Shown: positions 19,911 to 28,984 of the stretch, piece by piece
Layout: each line of letters starts with the position of its first letter
Position numbering within the stretch: the stretch's first letter is position 1
Assembly (NCBI GenBank): GCA_963824735.1
Contig: CAWGQH010000005.1
Location: 35,193-99,192 of the forward strand
DNA: 64,000 bases
Direction: 5' to 3'
Source: an uncultured Chloroflexia bacterium
Lineage (GTDB): Bacteria; Chloroflexota; Limnocylindria; Limnocylindrales; CSP1-4
Translations under genes and position numbers: made by a program
The notes under the pieces: generated by a model
What the model was told of the DNA's origin: nothing
The model's input: only the letters and a program-made list of their open reading frames with translations
Database searches by the model: none

Positions 19911-21144
19911 GTGCCGCAAGCCGGCCAAGCGGACCTCCGACTCCTGGCACGGGTGGGCGTCGTCGATCCGACGTCCCTTGACGACTACCGCGCCCACGGC
20001 GGCTTCCGCGCCCTCGAGCGCGCTCGCGCGATCGGGCCGGAGCAGGTGATCGACGAGGTCACGAGGTCCGGGCTCCTCGGCCGCGGCGGCGCGGCGTTCC
20101 CCACCGGGCGCAAGTGGGCGGCCGTGGCCGCCCAGCAGGCCCAGCCCCACTACCTGGTCTGCAACGCGGACGAGTCGGAGCCCGGCACGTTCAAGGACCG
20201 GGTGCTCATGGAGGGCGACCCGTTCGCGGTCATCGAAGCGATGGCGATCGAGGCGTTCGCCGTCGGGGCGGGCAAGGCCTACCTCTACATTCGCGGCGAG
20301 TACCCGCTGGCCGAAGCACGGATCGCGAACGCGATCACGGCGGCGACCGAAGCCGGCCTGCTCGACGGGCTCGACATCGAGCTGCGACGTGGGGCAGGCG
20401 CCTACATCTGCGGCGAGGAGACGGCGCTGTTCGAGTCGATCGAAGGAAAGCGCGGCGAGCCGCGCAACAAGCCGCCGTACCCGGTGGAAGTCGGCCTGTT
20501 CGACAAACCGACGGCCGTCAACAACGTCGAGACGATCGTCAACGTGCTGCTGATCGTGGGCGAGGACGGCGGTGCGGAGGCGTTCAAGGCGATCGGCACC
20601 GAGGGCTCGACCGGCCCGAAGCTGTTCTGCCTGTCGGGCAACGTCGAACGACCCGGGCACGTACGAGGTCCCGTTCGGGACGACGCTCGGCGAGCTGCTC
20701 GCGCTCGGCGGCGGCGTCCCCGGCGGTCGGGAGATCAAGGCGATCCTGCTCGGCGGGGCCGCCGGCGTGTTCGTGGGGCCCGATGCGCTCGACCTGCCGC
20801 TGACCTTCGAGGCCACGCGCGCCGCCGGGGCGACCCTCGGCTCGGGCGTCGTGATGGTGTTCGACGAGCGCGCCGACCTCGTCGGCACGCTGACCCGGAT
20901 CGCCCAGTTCTTCCGCGACGAGTCGTGCGGGCAGTGCGTCCCGTGCCGGGTCGGGACGGTCCGCCAGGAGGAGCTGCTCGCCCGCCTCGCGGCAGGTTCG
21001 GGCGTGCGCTCGCGCGAGGACGAGCTCGTGCTGCTGCGCGAGGTCGGGCAGGCGATGCGCGACGCCTCGATCTGCGGGCTCGGCCAGACCGCGTCCTCGG
21101 CGATCGAATCGGCGTTCCGACAACCCGGGCTGGTGGCCCTGTGA
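19911..21144 (+). CDS. fdsB: NAD-dependent formate dehydrogenase beta subunit (NuoF-like; NAD/FMN-binding, 4Fe-4S), one apparent frameshift
   Basis: GRGGAAFPTGRKW…YLVCNADESEPGTFKDR…YLYIRGEY…YICGEETALFESIEG. After a frame change near 20650 (extra G in cccggg): …TYEVPFGTTLGELL…ESCGQCVPCRVGT…CGLGQ. Stop 21142-21144. Confidence 0.8.
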
Positions 21145-22214
21145 GCGACGACCTGCAGCGCACGGCCGCGCCGCGCTTCCCTGTCGCAGCGGTGACGCAG
21201 GTTTCGCCGATCGTGCTCGAGCCGCCGGCCCGACCAAGCCGGATCCCGCAGCCGCCGCCGGTCGAGGCCCCGCCGCAGGTCGAGCTGACGATCGACGGCG
21301 TCACCGTCACGGTCCCGCAGGGCTCGACGATCCTCGACGCCTGCCGGGCGCTCGCGGTCGACACGCCGACGCTGTGCTACGCCGACAACCTCACGCCGGT
21401 CAACGTCTGCCGGGTCTGCGTCGTCGAGGTCACCGGGTCGCGCGTCCTCGTGCCGTCCTGTTCGCGCAAGGCCGAGCCCGGGATGGAGGTCTTCACCGAC
21501 TCCGAGCGCGTGCGCACGTCGCGCAAGGTCGTGCTCGAGCTGCTCGGCTCGTCGGTCGACCTGTCGCTGGCCGGCCCGGCCGTGCCCGACGGCTCGCTCG
21601 CGGACTGGTCGCAACGCTACGGCGCGGACCCGAGCCGCTTCGGGCCGCCGGCCGAGCCCGCGGCCGCCGGCGAGCGCGACACCCACGACCCGGGCCATCA
21701 CCACGCGCCCCACGGTGACGCGGAGACGGCCACGGTCGCGCAGCCGGTCAAGGTCGACAACGACCTGTACGTGCGGGACTACGCGAAGTGCGTGCTCTGC
21801 TACAAGTGCGTCGAGGCGTGCGGCGAGGACGCCCAGAACACGTTCGCGATCGCCGTCGCGGGGCGCGGCTTCGACGCCCGCATCTCGACCGAGTACGCGA
21901 CGCCGCTGCCGACGTCGGCGTGCGTCTACTGCGGCAACTGCATCGGCGCCTGTCCGACCGGCGCGCTGATGTTCAAGTCGGAGCACGACATGCGCGCCGA
22001 AGGGACGTGGGACGAGTCGGCGCAGACCGTGACCAACACGATCTGCCCGTACTGCGGCGTCGGCTGCTCGCTGGACCTCCACGTCCAGGACGACGAGATC
22101 GTCAAGGTGACCTCACCGCTCGACTCGAGCGTCACCGAGGGCCACCTCTGCATCAAGGGCCGCTTCGGCTTCGAGTTCGTCAACGAGCGCCCCGGCCGTC
22201 CGAACCAGAGCTGA
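21141..22214 (+). CDS. fdsA: Formate dehydrogenase alpha subunit, N-terminal Fe-S module only (NuoG-like; ends at the start of the MopB domain)
   Basis: GTG 21141 overlapping the fdsB stop (GTGA). 2Fe-2S ferredoxin part (…LCYADNLTPVNVCRVCVVEV…SCSR), two 4Fe-4S motifs (CVLCYKCVEACGE, CVYCGNCIGACPTGA), MopB N-terminal cluster CPYCGVGCSLDLH…CIKGRFGFEFVNE, then stop at 22212-22214. Confidence 0.8.
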   Translation: MSDDLQRTAAPRFPVAAVTQVSPIVLEPPARPSRIPQPPPVEAPPQVELTIDGVTVTVPQGSTILDACRALAVDTPTLCYADNLTPVNVCRVCVVEVTGSRVLVPSCSRKAEPGMEVFTDSERVRTSRKVVLELLGSSVDLSLAGPAVPDGSLADWSQRYGADPSRFGPPAEPAAAGERDTHDPGHHHAPHGDAETATVAQPVKVDNDLYVRDYAKCVLCYKCVEACGEDAQNTFAIAVAGRGFDARISTEYATPLPTSACVYCGNCIGACPTGALMFKSEHDMRAEGTWDESAQTVTNTICPYCGVGCSLDLHVQDDEIVKVTSPLDSSVTEGHLCIKGRFGFEFVNERPGRPNQS

Positions 22215-22216
22215 GC

Positions 22217-22256
22217 GGGTCGGCCGACGGAGATCCGGACCGGCCGACCCTTTGGC
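22217..22256. terminator. Hairpin terminator between convergent fdsA-N and the TolB-like gene
   Basis: Perfect 10-bp inverted repeat gggtcggccg … cggccgaccc (22217-22226 / 22241-22250) followed by TTTGG. Confidence 0.45.
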
Positions 22257-22276
22257 GTCCTGTTCAGGGCCGGCGG

Positions 22277-23185
22277 TCACCTCGCGGCTGCCATGCCGGA
22301 ACCGACTGCAGCCCGAACGAGGCTGACCAGGTGGATCGTGCCGTCGCCCAGATCCACGTAGCGGTTGGCCCGGTCGTCGAACCGGAGGAACGCGATGAAG
22401 CGCCCGTCCGGCGACCACGAGTCCCGAAGTCGTCCGTCGGGCCGCCGACGACGACGTGCTGATCGCTCCCGTCCGCATTCATGACCAGGATGTCGCCCGG
22501 GTCGCCGGCGGCGTACGAGAACTTCGATCCGTCAGGGCTCCAGTCCGGGGTCTGGTCCTTGAAGACCGGATCGAACGTGAGCTGGGTCTGCCCGTTGCCG
22601 TTGGCGTCCATGACGAACACCTGGCCGGTGTCGTCGATGCGGGAGCTCGTGAAGACGATCTTTGTGCCGTCCGGCGACCAGGCCGGGTTGCCGTCGAACC
22701 CAGGATCCGTCGTGAGCTGGGTGAGATCCGTTCCGTCCGCGTCGATCCGCCAGATGTCGTCGTTCGTGCCGCCCGGCAGGCGCCCGGCGAAGACCAGCTG
22801 CGTGCCGTCCGGCGAGAAGTCGGGGAACGTCATCCGACCGCCCAGGTTCGTCAGCTGGCGCTTGTCCTCGCCGTTGGCCTTCATCGTCCAGATCTCGATG
22901 ATCCCGCCCCGTGCGCGAATGCCGTGACACCACGCGATCTGCTTGCCATCACTCGACCACGCGGGGCACGCGTCGAAGTCCACGTGATCGGTCAGCCGCA
23001 GGCGCGCCTGTCCGTTCGGCAGCGTCGAATAGAGGTCGACGTTCCCCTCGACGTCGGCGCCGAAGACGATCCTTCCATTGACGCGAGCCCGGATAGGTGG
23101 CCGCGACCGGTTGAACCAGCGCGCCCGCGAGGGCCGCTGCGGCTACCAATCCCGCCAAGGTTCTCGTTCGTGCTCGATTGCGCAT
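22277..23185 (-). CDS. TolB-like periplasmic beta-propeller (PD40/WD40-like repeats) protein, two apparent frameshifts
   Basis: Signal-like N-terminus MRNRARTRTLAGLVAAAALAGALV. Repeated …SPDG(T/K)…(V/F)…S/R…DG… blades (AWSSDGKQIAW, FSPDGTQLVF, AWSPDGTKIVF, DWSPDGSKFSY, SWSPDGRFIAF). Frame changes near 23085 and 22430. Confidence 0.6.
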
Positions 23186-23292
23186 TGCCGATCGTACTCC
23201 TTCGTGTCGACTCCATCGGGAACAGACATCTGGGCATGGCGAACCAAGGGGCACCTCCGTCGGGGAATTTCGATTTGAGCGGGTCGTCGAGC

Positions 23293-24435
23293 TCAGGGCC
23301 TGACGGCGTCCACCTGCAACAGCAGATCGCTGGCCGCCGTCGACACCCAGAGCGAGTCGTCTATCCAGTAGGAGTCCATGAACGTCGAACCCGGGAGCGG
23401 GATCTGGAATGCGAGCTCATTGGTGTCCGGATCGACGGCCGAGATTCCATTCGGGTTCGACGCCCAGACGTAGCCCCCGCCAAACGACAGGCCGAGCGAA
23501 GGGCTCGTCCCGAACCCCTCGATCGTCGCAATCACCTCGCCTGTTTCTGGATCGACTCGGACAAGCTCGAGCTGCCGGTTACGGACCCACAGCGAATCGA
23601 ACCCCAGCTCGAGCTCCACCGGGCCGAACCCGACGTCGACCGTGTCGGTCACCTCGGCGGCAACGGGATCGATCCGCACCAGGGCGTTGCCGGCATCGCA
23701 GGCAACCCAGATGGCATCGGCGGCGAGCACGATCTGCTTGGGCTCCTCGCGGGACGTCGATCGATGCGAGGACTTCGCCGGTCGCCATGTCGACGCGGAC
23801 GACGTTGCCGTTCTCGTCGAACCCCCAGACCGTGTCGCCATCCTTGGCAACCGTGAACCCCGGGATGCCTTCGAACCGTTCCAGCTCGCGTCCCGTACTG
23901 CGGGTCGACGCGCACGAGTACCTGCTCCGCGCCCTTCTGGACCCAGAGGTCGGCACCCTTCGAGGAACATCCAGTGAGCCGCCGTCGACCATGAGCCGGA
24001 TTGCAGGCCAGTGGAGGGATCGATCCCCCTGACGCCAACGTCGTCGGCCTGGACCCAGACTCGGGACGGCGTCGCGAGGACCTGCCACGTGTCGGCCCCG
24101 AGGTCGATCTGGCGCACGACCTGCGGATACGGGTTCGGCGTGCTGGTTGGCGCAGATGACGGAGTCGGAGCCGGGACGAACACGAGAGCCGGCCGGCCGC
24201 CGAGTCCGATAACGGCCGCCAAGCCGCCGGCGATGAGCAGCGCGGCTGCCACGGCCAGCAGGCGGAGCGGTGGACGTGTGATCGGCCCGCGACGGAGGAT
24301 CGGGCGACGCTCCTGGCGCGTCGTCGCGAGGGTCGCGAGGATCCTGCTCGGAGACGCGCTCGGCGGACACGCGGCGCCTCCCGCGCATCGAGCCAGCGCC
24401 AACCCGAACGTCGAGATCCTGATCGCGTAGTTCAT
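23293..24435 (-). CDS. Putative anti-sigma factor with single TM and extracytoplasmic beta-propeller-like domain (internal apparent frameshifts)
   Basis: ATGA overlap with the upstream ECF sigma gene. TM LLAVAAALLIAGGLAAVIGL. Conserved-looking …VRVDPETGEVIATIEGFG…/…VRVDMATGEVLASIDVP… repeats lie in two frames. Confidence 0.5.
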   Translation of the reverse strand: MNYAIRISTFGLALARCAGGAACPPSASPSRILATLATTRQERRPILRRGPITRPPLRLLAVAAALLIAGGLAAVIGLGGRPALVFVPAPTPSSAPTSTPNPYPQVVRQIDLGADTWQVLATPSRVWVQADDVGVRGIDPSTGLQSGSWSTAAHWMFLEGCRPLGPEGRGAGTRARRPAVRDASWNGSKASRGSRLPRMATRSGGSTRTATSSASTWRPAKSSHRSTSREEPKQIVLAADAIWVACDAGNALVRIDPVAAEVTDTVDVGFGPVELELGFDSLWVRNRQLELVRVDPETGEVIATIEGFGTSPSLGLSFGGGYVWASNPNGISAVDPDTNELAFQIPLPGSTFMDSYWIDDSLWVSTAASDLLLQVDAVRP

Positions 24436-24977
24436 GCGATCACCCGTGCCGTTGGCAACTCGTCGTCGAGCTCGAGCGATTCGCGCATCGCGCGCATCGC
24501 GTAGTGGAGGCGCGAACGGATGGTTCCGGTGGGAATGCCAAGCGTGCGGCCGACCTCGACAAGCGGCAGGCCGACGTGATGGTGGAGCACGATCACGGCC
24601 CGGTGATCGACTGACAGGCGTCGAAATGCCCGATCGAGCCGATCACGGTCGTCGACCTGCTGCTCCCGCTCGATGGAATCGACCGCAAGGTCGAGCGGCA
24701 CGGACGAATGGACCTCCCACGGACGGCGACGCACCTCGTCACGGCACGCGTTGACGACGAGCCGGTAGAGCCACGCCTCGAACCTCGCGGGCTCGCGGAG
24801 CGCACGGAGCTTGCGCCACGCGTTGATCACCGCGATGTGGGTTGCTTCCTCGGCGAGGTCCGTGTCGCCGAGGATCTGGAACGCCACCGGGAGCAGGCGC
24901 TCGACAGCCGGCGGAACGAGGGCCGCGAAGGCCTCCCGGTCGCCGTCCTGTGCTCGTCGCACCAGCTCGGTGTCCAT
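24432..24977 (-). CDS. ECF (sigma-70 family group 4) RNA polymerase sigma factor
   Basis: Region 2 …AFAALVPPAVERLLPVAFQILGDTDLAEEATHIAVINAWRKL… and region 4 …LSVDHRAVIVLHHHVGLPLVEVGRTLGIPTGTIRSRLHYAMRAM. Confidence 0.8.
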   Translation of the reverse strand: MDTELVRRAQDGDREAFAALVPPAVERLLPVAFQILGDTDLAEEATHIAVINAWRKLRALREPARFEAWLYRLVVNACRDEVRRRPWEVHSSVPLDLAVDSIEREQQVDDRDRLDRAFRRLSVDHRAVIVLHHHVGLPLVEVGRTLGIPTGTIRSRLHYAMRAMRESLELDDELPTARVIA

Positions 24978-25070
24978 GCCACCCTCGCGGGCCAGCCGCA
25001 TCTCGGCTGTTCGACATCATGACGCGGCCACGGCGACGAAACGTTCAATTCGCCCGCCAGGCGGCCGGAT

Positions 25071-25946
25071 CTACCCCCAGCCGACGAGGTCGCGCAGGTC
25101 GATCCGGTCGTCGTGGGTGTAGACGTTGAAGCCGTCGCCGCGGAGGAAGCCGACGAGCGTGACGCCGAGCCGTTCCGCGGCCGAGATCGCGAGGTCCGAC
25201 GGCGCCGACACGGCACAGAGGATCGGGATGCCGGCGACGGCCGCCTTCTGGACGATCTCGAAGCTCACCCGACCGGACACCATCAGGATCGTGTCGTGGA
25301 GCGGGAGCCGGCCCGCGAGCACCTGCGACCCGATCGCCTTGTCGAGCGCGTTGTGCCGCCCGACGTCCTCGCGCAGCACGAGCAGCTCGCCGGTCGTTGA
25401 GAACAGCCCCGACGCGTGCAGGCCGCCGGTCTCGTCGAACGCCCGCTGAGCGGCACGCAGCGCGTCCGGTAGCGCCAGGATCGTCGAGCGGGCGACGACC
25501 GGTGCGCCGGCCGGGATCGGCTCGGCGCGGAGGGCCACCTCGTCGAGCGAGGCCTTGCCGCAGATCCCGCAGGACGCCGTGGCGATGAAATGGCGCTCGG
25601 CAACGCGCGAGGCATCGAAGGCGCTCGACAGGCGAACCACCGCGGTGTCGTCCGGCTGGTTCATCGTCGTTGGATCGCCGGTCTCGACCCGGAGCACCTC
25701 CGGGCCCTCGATGAGGCCCTCGGTGCGCAGGAACCCGACCGCCAGTTCGTCCTCGTAGCCGGGAGTCCGCATCGTCACGGCCACAGCCACCGGCTCCTGC
25801 TTCGGCCCGGCAGCGCGGATCTCGAGCGGCTCCTCACCGACCACGCGATCCGCTCGAACCTCGAGCCCATCGCCGCGGACGGCGATGATCCGCGTCGTCG
25901 TCACGTGGCGTGTAGGTGGCGGGACCTCGTCGATTCGATCTGTCAT
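25071..25946 (-). CDS. fdhD: Formate dehydrogenase accessory sulfurtransferase FdhD
   Basis: ATG 25944-25946. Motifs …ATASCGICGKASLDEV… and …EDVGRHNALDKAIG…. Confidence 0.85.
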   Translation of the reverse strand: MTDRIDEVPPPTRHVTTTRIIAVRGDGLEVRADRVVGEEPLEIRAAGPKQEPVAVAVTMRTPGYEDELAVGFLRTEGLIEGPEVLRVETGDPTTMNQPDDTAVVRLSSAFDASRVAERHFIATASCGICGKASLDEVALRAEPIPAGAPVVARSTILALPDALRAAQRAFDETGGLHASGLFSTTGELLVLREDVGRHNALDKAIGSQVLAGRLPLHDTILMVSGRVSFEIVQKAAVAGIPILCAVSAPSDLAISAAERLGVTLVGFLRGDGFNVYTHDDRIDLRDLVGWG

Positions 25947-26067
25947 CGCGTTCGAGTCTAGTACCCGGCGTACCGGTCGCGGACCGGACCGATGGCGAGT
26001 CGATTTCGCCTTGACCAGTCGGGCATACTGCCGCCGCGGGACGTGCCCGCGAGGGATAGGAGGGGTC

Positions 26068-26789
26068 GTGAGCGACTGGGTCTGCGGCCGCTGCAAGTCG
26101 GTCAATCGAGAGCGCGCGGCCGCGTGCTACAGCTGCGGCGGGATCCGCGGCGCCATCCAGCTGGAGCCGAGTGGTGCGGTCGCCACACCAGCGTCGGCGA
26201 TGGGTACGAGGGCAGTGCCGGCTTCGCCCGAGGCAGCCGGGGCACCGGTCGCCGCGGCTCCGTTGGCCACGGCCACGCTCGCGAGCGGGATCCCCGTCGC
26301 CGAGGTGACGGCACCGGCACGGTCGCGCCGGCCGAGCCGGCGACGATGGGCGATATCGCCGGCGGCGTCATCGGCGGAGCCATCGGGGCGGTCCTGGCGA
26401 CCGCGCTGTGGTACGGCGTCGTGGCGATCACCAACTGGCAGGTCGGGATCATCGCGGTCGCGGTCGGCTTCATCGTCGGCCAGGGCGTCGTGTTCGGAGC
26501 TGGCCGCCACCCATCGATCGCGCTCGTGCCGATCAGCGTGGTATTCACGCTGGTATCGCTGGTCGTCAGCGAATACCTGATCGCGCGGCATTTCCTCGGG
26601 ATCGCGGCCGCCGAGATCTCGGCCGAGTTCGGGGTAACGATCGCCGAGGTGGAGGCCGAGTTCGCGTCGCCGATCGAGCTGCTCCGGTTCTCGCTCGAGA
26701 CCGAGCCGATCACGCTGCTGTTCTGGGCGATCGCGGGCTGGGAGGCCTTCATCATCCCGATGCGGGCAGCGACGCGCTCGCGGTCCTGA
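26068..26789 (+). CDS. Zinc-ribbon plus multi-TM membrane protein (one apparent frameshift)
   Basis: GTG 26068 after AGGAGG. N-terminal CGRCKSVNRERAAACYSCGG (CxxC…CxxC). After a frame change near 26340: …IAGGVIGGAIGAVLATALWYGVVAI… with 4 hydrophobic helices. Confidence 0.5.
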
Positions 26790-27041
26790 CCGGGGCCCGC
26801 CGGAAGCACTCCCGTTCCGCGGCACTCCGCCGATGCTTCCACCGAAGCGAAACGATCGCCGAAACCAGAGGGCGCCGACGAGTTCGGCCATCCGGTGGAT
26901 GAGCCGAACTTGAGCCGCTGACCAGCCGATTTCGCGGGCGGCACGCCGGAATCCGGCCGTCGGTGCCTGCGATAGTTCCGCATGAGTGGAAGCATCTGCA
27001 AGGTGCCCTGAAACAGACGCCTGTTCGGGCGGCGTGCGCGC

Positions 27042-27545
27042 ATGGCGTTGACCGGCGCGCACTCCAGCTTCGTCGCGCAGGCGCGGACGGCCACGCTCGG
27101 GACGATCGCCGAGGACGGTCGCCCGCGCCTCGTCCCGATCTGCTTCGTCCTCGACGGCGACGTGCTGTTCACGCCGATCGACGAGAAGCCGAAGCGGGGC
27201 ACGGACCCGCGCCGGCTCGCGCGCATCCGCGACATCGAGCGGCGAGCTGACGTGACGGTGCTCATCGATCGCTGGGACGAGGACTGGACCAACCTGGCCT
27301 GGCTCCGGATCGACGGTCGCGCAAGCCTTGCCGAGGATCCTGCCGAACGCGCCTCGGCCATCGCCGCGCTCCGCGCGAAATACCCGCAGTACGCGGGCCA
27401 CGACCTTGAACACCGCCCGCTGATCCGGATCGCGATCGAGCGGGTGCGGAGCTGGGGCGACCTCAGCGATCCAGGAAGATCGAATCCCCCATCGGGCGAA
27501 GGCAGTGCGTCGAGCTCATCGCCTGGTGGTAGCCACCCGCGTTGA
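27042..27545 (+). CDS. PPOX-class F420-dependent enzyme family protein (pyridoxamine 5'-phosphate oxidase-like); 3' end probably over-extended
   Basis: …ATLGTIAEDGRPRLVPICFVLDGDVLFTPIDEKPKR…DIERRADVTVLIDRWDEDWTNLAWLRIDGRA… The last ~25 aa overlap the convergent decarboxylase gene. Confidence 0.6.
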   Translation: MALTGAHSSFVAQARTATLGTIAEDGRPRLVPICFVLDGDVLFTPIDEKPKRGTDPRRLARIRDIERRADVTVLIDRWDEDWTNLAWLRIDGRASLAEDPAERASAIAALRAKYPQYAGHDLEHRPLIRIAIERVRSWGDLSDPGRSNPPSGEGSASSSSPGGSHPR

Positions 27546-28692
27546 GCAGGGCCACGATGTCGCCCTCGGCGACCGGCGCCATCGGGTAATCCTCGGCGAA
27601 CACGTCGCTCGCCTCGTTGATGTGCCCGGCAACGGTGACGACCTCGGTCCGCGGCGCATCGACGGCCGCCACGGGCAGGATCTCCTGCAGGTAGCCGTAG
27701 ATGAAGTACGCGCAGTTGAGGTTCCAGCCGAGGTCGAGCCCGACGAACGTGACGCCGCCACGCTCCTCGACCGTGACGACCTCGCCGAGCAGGATCGCGG
27801 CGTCCTTCGACAGGTAGTCGCCGGGCTCCGCCGCGGCGATGACGCCCAGCGGCCCGAGGTGGCGCGCAAGCAGCGCGGCATAGGCGTCGAGGTCCACGGC
27901 CGGCTCGTCGTCGCGAGCCGGCACGCCGATCCCGCCGCCGACGTTCACCTCACCGATCGGGCAGCCCGCGGCCATCAGCCACTCGGTCGCCTCCACGGCG
28001 CGGACCAGCGCGGCCTCGAAAGCCCCAAGGCCGTCGCCGAGCCAGCCGGAACCGGCGTGGAAGTGGACGGTGTCGATGAGAAGGTCGTGCTCGCGGGCGA
28101 CCGCCAGAGCCTCCTCGAGCCGGTCCAGCCCAATGCCGAACTTCGTCGGCCGGCCGCTGTACTCGAGGTGCGCCCGATAGCCGGCACCGGCTCCCGGGTC
28201 GATGCGCAGGCCGATGGTGCGCCCCGGAGCGCGCCGGCCGTAGCGACGGACCTGGCTGATGGCGTCGAGGTTGACGTGGATGTCGTGGGCGAGGAGCACG
28301 TCGAGGTCCCGCTCCGAGACGTTCGTCCCGGTGTAGCTGATCTCGTCGGCGCGCCAGCCGCATTCGAGGGCCCGAAGGACCTCGCCCGGCGAGCACGCAT
28401 CGATCCCCACCGCGTCCGGCGAACCGGGCGTGCCGAGACCCCGGAACACCTCGAGGACCTCGGGGAGTGGGTTGGCCTTCAGCGCGAACCGGAGGCGGAA
28501 CGGGATGCCGGCACGGGCAGCTGCGTCCTGCAGTCGGCGCGCATTCTCGGCGTACCGGCGGCGGTCGTACACGAACAGCGGCGTGCCGTGCCGGCGCGCC
28601 AGCGCCTCGGCGTCCTCGCCACAGATCGTCAGGCGCCCGTCACGGGACTCGAGGCCGGGCCGCCGCCACCACTCGGGCGCGGCCTGCGTCAC
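27463..28692 (-). CDS. PLP-dependent decarboxylase, Orn/DAP/Arg decarboxylase (fold-III) family
   Basis: GTG 28690-28692 overlapping the upstream small ORF's stop (GTGA). …GTPLFVYD…FALKANP…HFHAGSG…GGGIGV…EPGDYL…AGGYHQAMSS…. Confidence 0.8.
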   Translation of the reverse strand: MTQAAPEWWRRPGLESRDGRLTICGEDAEALARRHGTPLFVYDRRRYAENARRLQDAAARAGIPFRLRFALKANPLPEVLEVFRGLGTPGSPDAVGIDACSPGEVLRALECGWRADEISYTGTNVSERDLDVLLAHDIHVNLDAISQVRRYGRRAPGRTIGLRIDPGAGAGYRAHLEYSGRPTKFGIGLDRLEEALAVAREHDLLIDTVHFHAGSGWLGDGLGAFEAALVRAVEATEWLMAAGCPIGEVNVGGGIGVPARDDEPAVDLDAYAALLARHLGPLGVIAAAEPGDYLSKDAAILLGEVVTVEERGGVTFVGLDLGWNLNCAYFIYGYLQEILPVAAVDAPRTEVVTVAGHINEASDVFAEDYPMAPVAEGDIVALLNAGGYHQAMSSTHCLRPMGDSIFLDR

Positions 28693-28946
28693 GCGGTGTG
28701 CGGGTGGGCGTGGCCTCGGGGCGTCCAGCGGTCGGGACCCTCTTCGACGGGGACCCCGATGGACTCGAGCATGCGGCGGGAGGCGAGGGCGACCTCGACG
28801 ATCGCGGCCTCGAACGCCTCGCTGTTGCGGGCGGATGGTTCGCGGTACCCGCTGAGCTTGCGGACGAACTGGCGAGCGGCTGCGTCGATCTCTCCGGTCG
28901 TCGCGGTCGCCTCGGGACGGCGGAGAGTCTTGATGCTTCGGCACAT
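28689..28946 (-). CDS. DUF2277-like small protein (85 aa), translationally coupled to the decarboxylase
   Basis: MCRSIKTLRRPEATATTGEIDAAARQFVRKLSGYREPSARNSEAFEAAIVEVALASRRML… resembles the MCRNI… family of small actinobacterial proteins (identification from memory, not a search). Confidence 0.5.
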   Translation of the reverse strand: MCRSIKTLRRPEATATTGEIDAAARQFVRKLSGYREPSARNSEAFEAAIVEVALASRRMLESIGVPVEEGPDRWTPRGHAHPHTA

Positions 28947-28984
28947 GGCGCCAGCCTACACCGGGCGCGGTACGGTAGCCCGCG

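Noticed and set aside
26832-26996. 11-bp inverted repeat gatgcttccac / gtggaagcatc spaced 143 bp apart between the Zn-ribbon gene and the PPOX gene
   Set aside because: Several such matches are expected by chance in 64 kb of biased-composition DNA. There are no further supporting features (no TSD, no ORF, no extended arms).
25992-27413. Minus-strand ORFs 26102-27361 and 26127-27413 (419 and 428 aa)
   Set aside because: Low-complexity Arg/Ser/Pro translations antisense to the Zn-ribbon membrane protein and PPOX genes.
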